From positions 29,078,001 to 29,142,000 of the forward strand of contig OX597831.1 of NCBI GenBank assembly GCA_951406725.2: a DNA stretch of 64,000 nt, read 5' to 3'. Of this stretch, positions 1 to 13,678 are shown piece by piece (position 1 is the first letter of the stretch; each line of letters begins with the position of its first letter). Below the pieces are notes generated by a model. It saw only the letters and a program-made list of their open reading frames with translations, made no database searches and had not been told where the DNA came from. The translations under genes were made by a program, and so were the position numbers. Source of the DNA: Octopus vulgaris. Taxonomy: Eukaryota.

Positions 1-343
1 TAACATTATCTCTGTCTCTAGAGGATGCATCATAATTACCAAAAGCCAATTAGACCAGCTTTACTTCAGAAGGGGAGATAATCTCAACATTCAATAATTT
101 TCTCTAAAGTTGGCATTGCATGGAGGAAAATGATTGGCTTGCTGTCTTAAGATAAGTCTTAAGACAGTCATAGATACATGTTTCTATCTCAATAAATGTC
201 ATCAGAACAACCTTATCTCCAAAGGGCTGTATATGGAAAAGAACAGAACACATTTATGGCTCAGGTAATTTGCATAATTTAAACATTAAATGAACTGCCA
301 TTTGGTAATTATGAGAAATTCTCTAGAGGCAGAGATAATGTTG
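1..343. mobile_element. Old fold-back/MITE-like repeat with about 43-bp imperfect inverted arms
   Basis: 1-43 matches the reverse complement of 301-343. A diverged copy of 1-147 occurs at about 25966-26098. Confidence 0.55.
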
Positions 344-568
344 ATAAATCAAAAGCTTATGCTGTGTGGTATTTGATATTTCTGAATTTGTCAGTATTTC
401 TTTATAATAAATCTGTTCCTGTTTGAGGATATAATCAACTGTATTTTGTTTTCAGATCAAATAATACAGAGTCAAAGAACAGGCTCAAGTGAAATGGAAC
501 TAAGAGTTTGTATGCTTTTTTTTTTAGTTCTATTTTGCCAAGACAGTCGGACCAGCAGAGCCACACAG

Positions 569-871
569 ATCCCTCTTCCTTCTCGAGCTACGTCTGGCTC
601 ATAAGGACCGGTTTCCCGGTCTCCTTGGTGTATAGGTTCTCCACCTGGACGGGACGCCAGTCCGTCGCAGATGAGCTGCAAGATGCAGGAGGAGAGAGTG
701 AGAGAAAGCTATGGCGAAAGAAACAGCAGAAGTTCGCCATTACCTTCTGCCGGAGCCGGGTGGAGCTTAGGTGTTTCGCTCATAAACATACACATTGGCC
801 AGTCTGAGAATCGAACCTGCGATCCCTCGACCGCGAGTCCGCTGCTCTAACCACTAGGCCATGTACCTCCA
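569..871 (-). mobile_element. tRNA-derived SINE, family C (octopus OR-like)
   Basis: Pol III A/B boxes on minus (TGGCCTAGTGG...GGTTCGATTC); 13-bp TSD cagagccacacag at 556-568 and 872-884. A related copy is at about 28915-29212 (-). Confidence 0.85.
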
Positions 872-907
872 CAGAGCCACACAGTGCACACTATGAAAAA
901 TAAGTAC

Positions 908-1208
908 TACAGGTACACTGATTTTTCAGACACTGATGATCCAGGACCCCTTATAATCTTCAATTTATGAGCGGAAACTTCAAATTCCTGCAGCTACCAG
1001 ACTAGTTTACTGATAGCTTGCACAGTGAAATATTAATAGACTTGTGTCAATTTATACTAATGTACAGGAACATGTATGTCGTTTAATTATTTCAATGAAT
1101 TTAATATTTGGTTAATTTAAAGTATGACCATGCCTGCTGCAGAAAAATCAATAACCTGAAGTGGCTTTGGAACCAAAGGTTCTGAAAAACTGATATTTGT
1201 ACCAGTAT
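908..1208. mobile_element. Degenerate pogo/Tigger-like MITE
   Basis: Imperfect TIRs tacaggtaca..tttttcaga / tctgaaaaa..tgtaccagta flanked by TA. Confidence 0.35.
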
Positions 1209-1762
1209 ACAAAACACAGCCGAGTAATTCTCATTAATATTTCACTGGTGTTGTGGAAGCTCACCAGGATTTAAATGTTTTATTTCGTAATTTCTATGTG
1301 TTGAAGCACGAATTTTGCTAAAGCGAGTGACAACTAAGGGCATGGCACTGACAAACCTCAACCAAAGGGAAATACGCCTGTTATTCTCATGAATCTCTGC
1401 AGTGATGATGTTTGTTTCCGCTCGATATAAATTATCTCCTTGCTAGCAATATAAATAAGAGTGCATTTTGAACCAAAAGCCAATATGATAGTTTCTCTCA
1501 TGGTAACTACCAGGGGTGTATATTCTGGGTGTGTTAGGTGTGCACTGCACCATTAGAATCCATATATGGGGGCCCCATCCCCTCAAGCCTGAGAATTTTA
1601 TTTTATTCACTCCTGGAAGAATGCATTAATTATTTCAGCCTGGCTGTGTTTGTAGACAGTTGAAAAGAATACTTTTAACAAACAAACAAAAAATTAAATG
1701 ATAGCATTGTAGTTGCAGGTAGGACCCCCACTAAGTCTCCTGGCAACCAATATTTTTAGACC

Positions 1763-1996
1763 AAAGGCAGCGAGCAGGCAGAAACGTTAGCACACCGGGC
1801 GAAACACTTAGCGGTATTTCGTCTGCCATTACGTTCTGAGTTCAAATTCCGCCGAGGTCGACTTTGCCTTTCATCCTTTCGGGGTCGATAAATTAAGTAC
1901 CAGTAACGCACTGGGGTCGATGAAATCGACTTAATCCATTTGTCTGTCCTTGTTTGTCCCCTCTGTGTTTAGCCCCTTGTGGGTAATAAAGAAACA
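1763..1996 (+). mobile_element. SINE family B (Meta-domain-like core gcctttcatcctttcggggtcgataaattaagtaccag)
   Basis: 14-bp TSD aatatttttagacc (1749-1762, 1997-2010). Other copies at about 2666-2900+, 7870-8070+, 11829-12061+, 15410-15620-, 19090-19430+, 37603-37833+, 47545-47760-, 49000-49220+, 49865-50075-, 52512-52743-, 61215-61625-. Confidence 0.88.
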
Positions 1997-2504
1997 AATA
2001 TTTTTAGACCTAGTCTGCCACTGGTCAGGTTGTAGTGGTAAAAGTAACAAAGTGAGCAGGCACAGCACTCAAAGAGAAAGCGAGACCTTGTAGGACTTGG
2101 ACATCTAATCTAGTTAATTATATCATTAACAGTTAACTTGATGAACTTCCTACATCACCACTAATCATTAGATTCGTTTAATTGGTGATATGTGAATTGA
2201 TATTTAAATGTAGCCTGGATAGAAGGAAAAAAAAAATCTTAATGACAACAAATACTCCTCTTAGCTAACGAGCCTAATTGGTAGCCATCCAAACAAACGT
2301 AATTGGAGTAACACTTAGAATGTTTTAGAGTCAACACATCACTGCCCATCACCAGAATAATGAAAGGATAGAAAAATAAACAATAATAATCCCTCCCCCA
2401 CAAAATTGCTCGAAGAGACAATTTAATTTTGTAAATTAGCTTCTCATTATATAAATACACCATCACAGTGGTTATCACATAGACAGGCACTATGTGCAGA
2501 CATA

Positions 2505-3410
2505 GAGGCACAGCCATGGCTGTGTGGTTAGGAAATTCACTTTGCAACCACGTGGTTTCAAGTTCAGTCCCACTGCGTGGCACCTTGGTCAAACGTTTTC
2601 TATTACAGCTCTGGGTTGACCAAAGCCTTGCGCATGGATGTGGTAGACAGAAACTGCATGGAAGTTAAAGCGTCGAGCTGGCAGAATCGTTAGCATGCGG
2701 GGCGAAATACTTAGCGGTATTTCATCTGCTGTTACGTTCTGAGTTCAAATTCTGCCGAGGTCGACTTTGCCTTTCATCCTTTCGGGGTCGATAAATTAAG
2801 TACCAGTTACGCACTGGGGTCAATGTAATCGACTTAATCCCTTTGTCTATCCTTGTTTGTCCCCTCTATGATTAGCCCCTTGTGGGCAACAAAGAAATAA
2901 GAAACTGTATGGAAGCCATTATGTATGCATGTATTTGTGCATGCGTCATCATCGTTTAACGTCCACTTTCCATGCTAGCATGGGTTGGACGATTTTGACT
3001 GAGGGCTGGCGAACCAGATGGCTGCACCAGGCTCCAATTTTGTGTGTGTATATATATATATATATATGTGTGTGTGTATATATATATATATTGTTGACTG
3101 CAGATACTTAATGTATGTGCTTTGCTTGTTTGCTGGTTTGCTGTGGTAATTCATAATGTGTGTGTGTGTGCATGTGTGTGTCTATGTTTGCTATCCCCAC
3201 CACTGGCTTTACAATTAGTATTGATTTGCTTACATGCCTGTAATTTAGCGGTTCAACAAAACAGTCCAATACCAGACTTTAATAATTAAAAAAAATTTTT
3301 TTTTTTTAAACCCCCACAAGTACTGGGGTTGATTTATTTGACAAAACCCTTCAAGGCGGTGCTCAAGCATGGCCACAACCCAATGCCTGAAACAAATAAA
3401 CGATTAAAAG
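2505..3410 (+). mobile_element. SINE family A copy interrupted by a family B SINE and a family D fragment
   Basis: Family A head at 2505-2660, family B insert flanked by gaaactg(c/t)atggaag duplication, family A tail at about 3180-3410. Confidence 0.75.
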
Positions 3411-5102
3411 TACAGACTATGAACTATCATAACAGTAGCTATCAAACACAACAAACAGTGTTGACCCAGCTCTTCGTTAAATGACATAGGAATAATTAAC
3501 AAAATTATGTGAAAGATTTATAGCTGACATGAATTTCCAGCTGGATCGTTTCAAACTACTTTTAATTAACCTCAATGTAAATGGTGTGATTTAAGGAAAA
3601 ATTTGTCTGATATTTCTAGCAAATTCAGTGACCACACAAAGGCTCCCCGTTTCACATGTAACGTTGTTGTTGTTTTAACCCCAGGTCTGCACTGAAAGAG
3701 GATGGAGGAGTGCTGGTTGTGACTATCCCATCTTTTATTCAGGCAGTTTAATATAGATCCTATGTATTTTCTATTTTAATGTAGAACAAATTTTCAGTTT
3801 AACTTTTTGGTATTCAGATTCCTCAGTGAAATGTAATAGGAACTGGTAAAGGCCTGGGGTCACACCAAGTTCTATAGTCTGTTTTGGCTTGGGTTTTATG
3901 GCTGGATGCCCTTCCTAACATCAACCACTTTGTAGAGCGTACAGGGTACTTTTCATGTGACATCATTCCCAGTCCTTATTACATGGCACCAGCACCCACA
4001 CTAATGCTTCTTATGAGGTACACTGTACCCTTCCTTTTTTTAAGGCACTAGAGTTTTCATAGGACATAGAGTAGTCCAACATAACTTTCTGAATGGCATA
4101 TCTGATGAAAAATTAACTCAAATCCATTTTTAGCAGCACAGCTGGGCTGATGATAAGCCATGTCTCAAGTGGATCCACTTCTTGATAAAGGTTGTCACAC
4201 CTGCACTAGAAAATGAGTTAGCTGCTATTTCTAGTAAGTAATGATGATAATAGTAATGATGAGAAATCTGTTGTCTAACTCAGCTAGTCTGCTATGGTTA
4301 TAAGACATTCTCATCTGTTTCCTTCCAACAGAACTACACTACACCCCCTCCTAACCAAAAATGAGGAATGCCATCTGAAAGAAAGATTTCTTAAAACAAC
4401 CACTACACCAAAATCTAATGCTGTCTTCTGGTACCACTAGTTTACCAAAGATTAGAACAGATCCTACAATCTTTAAGTTATTTGTCTTTCTTGTTCACCA
4501 CACACTCTCCCCTCCTGGGGTTAGTTTCCATATCATGCATGGCGGCGCAGTGGTGAGAACTTTGGATCATAACGTGGAACCACCAAAGATCTGGTACTCC
4601 AAATTAAACCAACACTAACAAAGAACTGAAAGCCAATGAAACCCTCATCAATGTTACAGTGCTCCCACTAATTACAGCAGTAAAAATGAAATTAAGATGG
4701 TAACCTAAGTGTAAAATGCTATGAGCATTATGGCAGTAAGTGAAAGAGAGATAAACATTTTCTAGGTTTGTTAGAAACCTGTCTTGGTTAGATACCAGTA
4801 ACATTCACAGGGTCATCTTAGTTATATCTATTCCTCCAGACGGCTAAGTGGACTGAGGTTAATGTAGAATAGAATGCTGTGACCTTGAGACAAGGCTGAA
4901 AGACATGAGAAGACTTGAACTTCTAACCTACATGAGCTGATGGTTCAAAAGTGTATTTCCACTAAGCTACCTCATTTCTACATGGTACATTTTTACAAGA
5001 TCACTTGAGCCTCATTCATAAGTACCAAGCTACATGTCGGTAAAGCAACAGAAACCATCAGACTTTTAACCAAAACTCTAAACTGACTGACTTCACCAGC
5101 TA

Positions 5103-5135
<33 letters not shown>

Positions 5136-5154
5136 ATGCACACACATAAAGCAC

Positions 5155-5530
5155 TATTTGAGCGTGATCGTTGTCAGCGTCGCCTCACTGGCACTTGTGC
5201 CGGTGGCACATGAACAAAACATTTGAGCAAGGTCGTTGCCAGTGCTGCTGGACTGACTCCTGTGCAGGTGGCACATAAAAAACACCATTTTCGAGCATGG
5301 CTGTTGCCAGTACTGCCAGACTGGCCCTCGTGCCGGTGGCACTTTAAAAGCACCCACTACACTCTCAGAGTGGTTGGCATTAGGAAGGGCATCCAGCTGT
5401 AGAAACTCTGCCAGATCAGATTGGAGCCTGGCGCAGCCATCTGGTTCGCCAGTCCCCAGTCAAATCGTCCAACCCATGCTAGCATGGAAAGCGGATGTTA
5501 AATGATGATGATGATGATGATGATGACGAT
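5155..5530 (+). mobile_element. Retroposon family D (ggaagggcatccagctgtagaaa core, (GAT)n tail; Nin/V-domain-like, tentative)
   Basis: Recurs at about 10680-11005+, 14700-14940-, 16125-16295+, 19985-20660+, 26230-26500-, 50825-51015+, 56415-57025+, 59555-59732-. Confidence 0.8.
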
Positions 5531-6122
5531 ATGTTCTCACACATGTTCATACGTATGCACTCTCACAGACACACATCTGCACACAGTGACATACACTCAC
5601 TTGCACATATGCACACACACATGAACGTGCATGTGCACACACACTACCTCTTTCTCTCACATGCACACTTTCTCTCTCTCTCTCTAACACACACACACAC
5701 ACACACTCTCACACATGCACACACTCTCACACATGCACACACTTACACATGAATACCTGACCAATGAGAATCCCTGACAGGCTACAGAACCAGCCTAACA
5801 TCAATAAATCTGTCACTGGTACTCAGGACTTCCTTCAGATAACTTAAGAACTGGCCAGATGAGATAAGAGACAAGTGTCTTGATCAGGTGAGATTGTAGA
5901 CAGGTGTTCTGTTTTTAGTAATCAATGACTGCAGTAATTGTAAACCTGGCGCAGAGGTGCCATATCATCACATAGCTGTCCCTCCAAAAGGAAAAGGGTC
6001 ACGATATTCTTTTTACTACTGGCACAAGGGTTAGGGTTAGGGAATTTTGTGGGAGGGGTTATAAGCCAATTAGATTGACCCTCAGTGCTCAAATAGTACT
6101 AATTTTATTGATCAGATAAAAG

Positions 6123-6620
6123 AGGTGCAGGTGTGGCTGTGTGGTAAGAAGCTTGCTTCACAACTACATGGTTCCAGGTTAAGTCCCACTGTGTGGCACC
6201 TCAGGCAAGTATTTTCTACTATAGACTTGAGCTGACCAAAGCCTTGTGAGTGTATTTTTTAGACAGAAACTGAAAGAAGCCTGTCATATGTGTGTGTGTG
6301 TGTGTGTGCGCGTGTGTCTTTGTGTCTGTGTTTGTCCCCACCACCATTTGACAACCAGTGTTGGTGTTTATGTCCCTGTAACTTAGCAGTTTGGCAAAAG
6401 AGATCGATGGAATAAGTACCAGGCTTTAAAAAAGTAAGTACTGAGGTCGATACATTTGATTATAATTTCCCCGTAACTTAGCGGTTCGGCAAAAGAGACC
6501 GATAGAATAAGTACTAGGTTTACAAAGAATAAGTCCTGGGGTCGATTTGCTCGACTAAAGGCGGTGCTCCAGCATGGCCACAGTCAAATGGCTGAAACAA
6601 GTAAAAGAGTAAAGAGAAAG
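6123..6620 (+). mobile_element. SINE family A with duplicated 3' segment
   Basis: Head gtggctgtgtggtaag...; the segment gtaacttagc..gtcgat is present twice (about 6375-6460 and 6470-6550). Confidence 0.8.
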
Positions 6621-6749
6621 AGTATTACTAAGCTGGACTTTGGAATAAAGGAACACAAAATTTTGATGGAAGATTTTAATTTAGATCACTTGAAATCAGG
6701 AAAATTAGTGTCCAAAGAATTAGAGGTGATCTCAAGTATATTCTGGAAA

Positions 6750-7400
6750 CTTTTCAACATTATCAAATGCCTTTAACAGAAGCTTTTCAACATTATCACA
6801 TGCTTTTAATGGAATACTTTCAACATTATCATATACTCTTAAAAAGAATTTTCAACATTATCACATGCTTTTAATGGAACACTTTCGACATTATCATATA
6901 CTCTTAAAAAAGAATTTTCAATATTATCACATGCTTTTAATGGAACACTTTCAACATTATCATATACTCTTAAAAAAAGAATTTTCAACATTATCACATG
7001 CTTTTAATGGAACACTTTCGACATTATCATATACTCTTAAAAAAAGAATTTTCAATATTATCACATGCTTTTAATGGAACACTTTCAACATTATCATATA
7101 CTCTTAAAAAAAGAATTTTCAACATTACCACATGCTTTTAATGGAATACTTTCGACATTATCATATACTCATAAAAAAAGAATTTTCAACATTATCACAT
7201 GCTTTTAGTAGAAACTTTTCAACAAAATTATTGCATGCTTTTAACGAAAACTTTTCAACATTATTACATGCTTTTAACAAAACCTTTGTGACATTATTAT
7301 GTGCATTTAATAGAAAATTTTCAGTATTATCATCAGCTTTTAACAAAAATATTTTCAGCATTATCACATGCTTTTAATAAAAATTTACCCACATTATCAA
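6750..7400. repeat. Minisatellite of about 30-bp monomers (ttttcaacattatcacatgcttttaatggaac) with a dimeric higher-order unit
   Basis: About 20 direct repeats; two monomer types alternate at 6785-7200. Confidence 0.9.
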
Positions 7401-7503
7401 TAAAAGTGTCATTTCTATTTAAAGAATTTCATTTTTTTTTTTTCTCAATACTAAAAAGGTCTTTGTTAAAAGCTTTATTAACTGAGGTAAAAAGGGAATT
7501 GCA

Positions 7504-7543
<40 letters not shown>

Positions 7544-8154
7544 GGAAACATTATAGTAATTTAGATTAATGCATGGGTTGCAGGGTGGGAAAAAAGTGCT
7601 TCAACTTCTAAAGATTAAATAACTTAGTTACCTTCGTAGCTTTCTACAATCAAAAGATGCAGAGAAGAGGAGAAAAAGAAAAAATTGTTATAATAAAGAA
7701 CAGAATTGACAGATTGTTGACAGAATAAAAAAAAAAGAAAAGAAAATTACAAGGAAAATGTGAAATAAGAAGATCAGTATTTGAATGGAAATAAGATTAA
7801 ATTAACTAAAGTCAGTATTAAAAAAGGATTTAGCAAAACTAAAACAGATTTACTGTAGATAAATGTAAAAATGGTGAGGTGGTGGAATCGTTAACATGCC
7901 TGACAAAATGCTTAGCAGCATTTCATGTTGTCTGGCTCTTTACATTCTGAGTTCAAATGCTCCTGAGGTCAACTACGCTTTTCTTCCTTTCTGGGTCAAT
8001 AAAACATATATCACTGACCACCAGGATTGATGTAGTCAATTAAGCCCTCCTCTTGCCAAAATTTGAAACCATTGCAAATAAATAACTCTTTCCTGTTAAC
8101 TCTCTGTCTCTCTCTCTCTCAGTAACCATGTCCCTCCTCTTCAGCAGCACACCT

Positions 8155-8558
8155 GTGGAGGCGCAATGGCCCTGTGGTTAAGGCAGCGGACTCATGGTCG
8201 GAGGATCGCGGTTTCGATTCCCAGACCAGGCGTTGTGTGTGTTTATTGAGCGAAAACACCTAAAGCTCCACGAAGCTCCAGCAGGGGGTGGCGACGACCC
8301 CTGTTGTACTCTTTCGCCTTAACTTTCTCTCACTCTTTCTTCCTGTTTCTTGTCCCCGACTTCCTACGCAACCGCTGAGCCTGGATGTGCATTCCTCCAT
8401 CTGTCGATGCTCTAGGTGTCAGGGGTTGACCTGCTTTCTCTTCTGCGGGTCTTACGAATTGCAAAGGACCACGTTTCAGACTTCTCCCACTACAGAGGCG
8501 CGATCTTGCAAGCTCTTGGACAAAGACCACTTCGCTCAACAAACAAACAAACAAACAA
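8155..8558 (+). mobile_element. SINE family C variant with (CAAA)n tail
   Basis: tRNA-like head gtggaggcgcaatggccc..gtggtta; duplication agcagcacacctgt on both sides. Confidence 0.8.
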
Positions 8559-10365
8559 GCAGCACACCTGTTTCTACCCTCATTTTTGTTAATTTTCACT
8601 CTCTTTCTCTCCCCTCCTCCTCCTCCTCCTTCTTCTTCTTCTCTCTCTCTCTCTCTCTCTGTCTGGCTGGGTAACCATGTGCCTCCTCTACAGCAAGACA
8701 TCTGTTTCTGTCTCTCTCTCACACTCTAACCTTTCATCATCTGACACAAGAACACCTCCTCCAATACCGCCCCCCCCCAAAGATGCCTTGTCTTGCAAAG
8801 ATACTTGGTGACCCTGCCAGTGCTGGTGCCACTTAAAAAGCATCCATCCAATGGTAGTGGTGGTCGTGGTGGTGATGGTAGTGGCGGTTGGGGGTTCCCC
8901 ACAGACCAGATCTATGGTTAGAGTAAAGCTGAATCCAAGTGGAGGATGAAATTGCGGAGGAATGGTACCATAAGTAAGGGTCATAAAAGCTAAAAGACAG
9001 GTCTAGAAGTATCGGAAGAAAGTGGGGACAAGCTAAAAGTATGAGGTGGCCAGAAGAGAATCTTAGTATTAGAGAGTGACGGTAAGGGGGAAAAATAGGT
9101 ATGGATGGACAACAGTATGTATGGAAGGACAACAATATGCATAACAGGGCAATAGTATGTTTGGAAGATTGGAAACAATGAGCAGAGGATGGGGGTGGGG
9201 GGAACAAAACTAGGATAGAGGAATAAAAGGAAATTAAGCAGTAATAATATTAGTACATCATGGAGATGTACTTGCATAGCAAGTGATCTAATCTGAGATC
9301 GTGTGCTGGAACGCTGCAATATTAGTACAACTTGGTGCTAATGTATGTGTAAGTGTGTGTGCATGTGTGTGTGTGTCTTTATGTCTGTGTTGTGTTTATC
9401 CTCTAGCACTTAACAAACGGTGTTGGTTAGTTTACATCCAGTAACTTAGCAGTTTGGCTACGAAGATCAATGGAACAAGTACCAGAGTTAAAAAAAATAA
9501 CTTTTTAATTATGGATCTTGTTTGGCTCATAATCATAAGATTGTGAGTTCAATTTCTGGTGGCAAGCTGTGGTCTTGAGCAAGACACTTTATTTCACATT
9601 GTCTCAGTCTACAATTCATATTGTCAGTAAACTGAGAAAATTAGGGCTTATGTGATAGAATATATATATATATATATATCAACATATATGCTGCAAACTC
9701 ACAAACTCAGCTGGCAAAAATAAGTTGTACCAGGAATTCGAAGGGCCAGCCTTGTCACATTCTGTGTCATGCTGAATCTCCCTGTAAGCTATATTAAGGG
9801 TACATACATGTGTCTGTGGAGCACTCAGCCACTTGCACAATTATTTCACAAGTAGACTGGTTGATTGAATCAAGTGGAACACTAGCCATCATAACCAAAA
9901 GAGAGCAAGATGTGATTTGAGAAAGATTTGGCAGCTATTTCTAGCAAATCAAGCAACCACATAACGGACCTGTCATGGGCTCTACATAATATTGTTGTTG
10001 TTGTTACAGACCGGTAGTCAATGATTTCCTGACTTTCTGTAGTGAAGTGTCATTCTGACCTTTTAATGCGGATTTTACACAATCTTCCAAATGTCTTGTT
10101 TTGATGTTTAGTAGATCGCACTTTGAACATGAGAGTGGAGTGTTGTGACATTTATATAAATATATACATGCATGTAAGTATGTGTGTGTGTGTGTGTGAA
10201 GTGTGAATGTCCATGAGTGCATATGTGTGAGTGTATGTGTATAAAAAAATAGCATCTGTGTTCAGTCCCACTTCATGGGACCTTGGCTGAGTGTCATCTA
10301 CTATAGCCCTGGGCCAACCAAAGCCTTGTGAGTGAATTTGGTAGACAGAAACTGAAAGAAGCCTG

Positions 10366-10406
<41 letters not shown>

Positions 10407-11073
10407 TATATGTGTGTGCGTGTGTGTATGTGTATATATATATATATATTTTGTGAGTCTGTGTTTGTCCCCCACCAACATTGCTTGACAACCGATGCTG
10501 GTGTGTTTACATCCCTGTAATTTAGCGGTTCAGCAAAAGAGACCGATAGAATAAGCACTAGGCTTCCAAAGAATAAGTCCTGGGGTCGATTTGCTCGACT
10601 AAAGGCGGTGCTCCAGCATGGCCGCAGTCAAATGACTGAAACAAGCAAAAGAGAATATACAGTGAAGTCAGAGTCATGGTCAACGCCAGGGTCATGTACC
10701 TGGCACCTGTGTCTGTGACAAGTGACCAAAACCTTTGGCAATATACTGCGCTTGAAAAGACCTGTCAAGCAAAGTGAGATCATAGACATGACCAATACTG
10801 GTGTTTTGTAACTGGCACCTGTGCCAGTGGCACGTAAAAAGCACCTGCTACACTCTTGGAGTTGTTGGTGTTAGGAAGGGCATCCAGCTGTAGAAATCAT
10901 GCTAAATCTGATTGGAACCTGGTGCAGCTCCCCATCTTACCAGTTTTCAGTCAAACCGTCCAACCCATGCCAGCATAGAAAAACGGATGTTATCTGATCA
11001 TGATGATTGCAGAGCCATCTTTCTTGGACAATGAGAGACTACCAATATATCATCATCATCATCATCATTTTAA

Positions 11074-11294
11074 CCCTTTAGTGTTCGCATTATTTTGCCA
11101 AAACTAATGCCTCTTCATCTACATTGTTTTGAACTAATCATGCATTATCTTGTAGCTTTGAGATTTTGATGAGGTAGCTGTTAATTTTTAAAACAATATT
11201 GTAGGGTTGGTGTGAGAGACCAGATCTGGCCAGTTTGAACATAAAACAAGCAGAATACTTTTGGCCAGATATAGCCGGTTTAAATGCTAAAGGG
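11074..11294. mobile_element. piggyBac-type MITE (221 bp)
   Basis: TTAA|ccctttag ... ctaaaggg|taaa, inserted into the tail of a family D element. Confidence 0.7.
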
Positions 11295-12447
11295 TAAAAT
11301 CCTTTTTTCCATGCTGGCATGGGGTGGATGGTTTGATAAGAACAAGCCAAAGGGTTCTGCCAGGTCTAATGTCAGCTTTGGCATGGTTTCTATAACTTGA
11401 AACTCTTCGTAATGCCAACCACTTAACAGAGTGTAGTGGGTGCTTTTTATATATAAAACACAACTATCTCCCACAAATGAGTATGACATAGTGGCATGTT
11501 CCATGCTCTCCCTCATTTCTCTAGTTACCTGTATAGTCACCAACAGACATAGATACACGAGTGTTGCTAGAGTGTGTGCCGCTTGGGGTGACCCCCCCCC
11601 ACACAAAAAATACATAGTCGTCCCGCCCTCTCTAGCTATGCTAGTGCATAGACACCCCCTCGGCCCTTCTACATTTGACCCAGCAGAACATTATGTCACA
11701 GCTGGAGAGACAGAAAGAGTGGAGGGGGGAGCTATCCAGACCAGTACTGACCTCATGCCTAAATTTTTAGAGGAGTAAACAGGTGCAACAGGAAATGTAG
11801 TCCTAGATACACCGCACATTAATAAAAAAAGGGTGGCGAACTGGCAGAATTGTTAGCACACCAGGCGAAATGCCTAGCAGTAATTCGTCTAGCGTTACCT
11901 TCTGAGTTCAAATTCCACCAAGGTCGACTTTGCCTTTCAACCTTTCGAGGTCGATTAAACAAGTACCAGTTACACGCTGGGGATAATGTAATCGACTGAA
12001 ACCCTTTGTCTGTCCTTATTTGTCCCCTCTATGTTCAGCCCCCTGTGGGCAATAAAGAAATATACATTAATAAAAAAAAACAAAAAAAAACAGGATGGTC
12101 ACAGTTGGAATGTTTTTGATTATAAGTTTGCTTGATGAGCATTGACCCGGGGTTAAACAACAACAACCTCCCCCTTTCCTGTATTTCACATTCATCAGCC
12201 AACTTCAATGTTTACACCACACTTTCCACCCACTACCTTTGTTTTCCTCCTACACCCCTTTCCACAGGTGGGAGCGGGTGGGTTGGGGTTTTTCCATTTA
12301 TACACAACACAATGTAATCTGAACATAATCAAAGCGCTTTGCACAGTTGTATAACATATAATGGTGACTCAGTTGAAACTCGTTAAAATTTACAATATGC
12401 ACACCCACCCACCCACACACACACGCATACAGCCAACAGTGCAAAAA

Positions 12448-12490
<43 letters not shown>

Positions 12491-12649
12491 GCAAAACTGA
12501 AAATTATGATACAAACACGCAGTCAGCAGTACAACCATTCATGTTATGATGTGTGTGTGTGTGTGAGAGAGAGAGTGTGTGTGCATGCGTGCATACACAC
12601 ACACACACTCACGATCAAAAGCACAATAAGCCATGTTTTATACATACAC

Positions 12650-12825
12650 ACACAAATACAAAGCACAGTCAGCAGTGTAATGAGGCATGTTATCACACAC
12701 ACACACATACATACACATATCTGCAACCAGCTCTGATATGATGCACATGCAATCAGTAGTGCAGCAAGCCACGTTGTGGTACACACATACATATATAGCC
12801 AATAGTGCAACAAGCACATTATCAT

Positions 12826-12861
<36 letters not shown>

Positions 12862-13043
12862 CCAACAATGCAATAAGTACATTATGATGCACACACACAC
12901 ACACACAGAGCCAACAATGCAATAAGCACATTATGATGCACACACGCACACACACACACACAGAGCCAACAATGCAATAAGCACATTATGATGCACACAC
13001 ACACACGCACACACAGTCAACAATGCAATAGTCAAATTATGAT

Positions 13044-13083
<40 letters not shown>

Positions 13084-13230
13084 CCAACAATGCAATTAGC
13101 ACATTATGATGCACACACACACACGCACACACACAGTCAACAATGCAATAGTCACATTATGATGCACACACTTTTATAGCCAACAGTACAACAAGCACGT
13201 TATCATGCGCACACATGCACACACACACTT
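12650..13230. repeat. Compound minisatellite: gccaacaatgcaataagcacattatgatg + variable (CA)n
   Basis: About 10 tandem units with a constant core and variable CA tract. Confidence 0.85.
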
Positions 13231-13244
13231 CAGTAACCTCACAG

Positions 13245-13678
13245 CTTCTATAGGTTACAAACATGCCTGTATCCTACATCTAGTCTATCATCATTTTAAC
13301 ATCCACTTATCCAAAGTAGGATGGAGTTATTCGTTTAAGAGGATTCTCTACAGCTTGATGCCCTTCCTGTTGCCAACCCTCACCTATTTTTTTAAGTAGA
13401 GTAATATTTCCCCATAACCAGACATGTTTTCACAGAAGATTGGGAACGGGCGACATTGCTGGCATGAGAGTGACACTCGTTAACAACCATCACATGATGT
13501 CGAGACAATTACTTTACTTAAAAAAATAGGTGAGGGTTGGCCACAGGAAGGGCATCCAGCTTTTGAAAATCCTCTTAAATGAATAACTCCATACAACCTG
13601 CTGCAAGCTTGGATAAGTGGATGTTAAAATGATGATAGACTAAATGTAGGATATGGGCATGTTTGTAACCTATAGAAG
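13245..13678. repeat. Local inverted duplication (about 160-170-bp arms)
   Basis: 13245-13405 is the reverse complement of 13508-13678, including sequence outside the retroposon tail. Confidence 0.85.

Noticed and set aside
456-509. Possible 54-bp plus-strand exon (ttttcag|...QIIQSQRTGSSEMELRV|gtatgc)
   Set aside because: No recognisable homology or partner exons; antisense to the myosin gene; such sites arise by chance.
12650-13230. Constant repeat with variable spacers
   Set aside because: The spacers are only (CA)n length variants.
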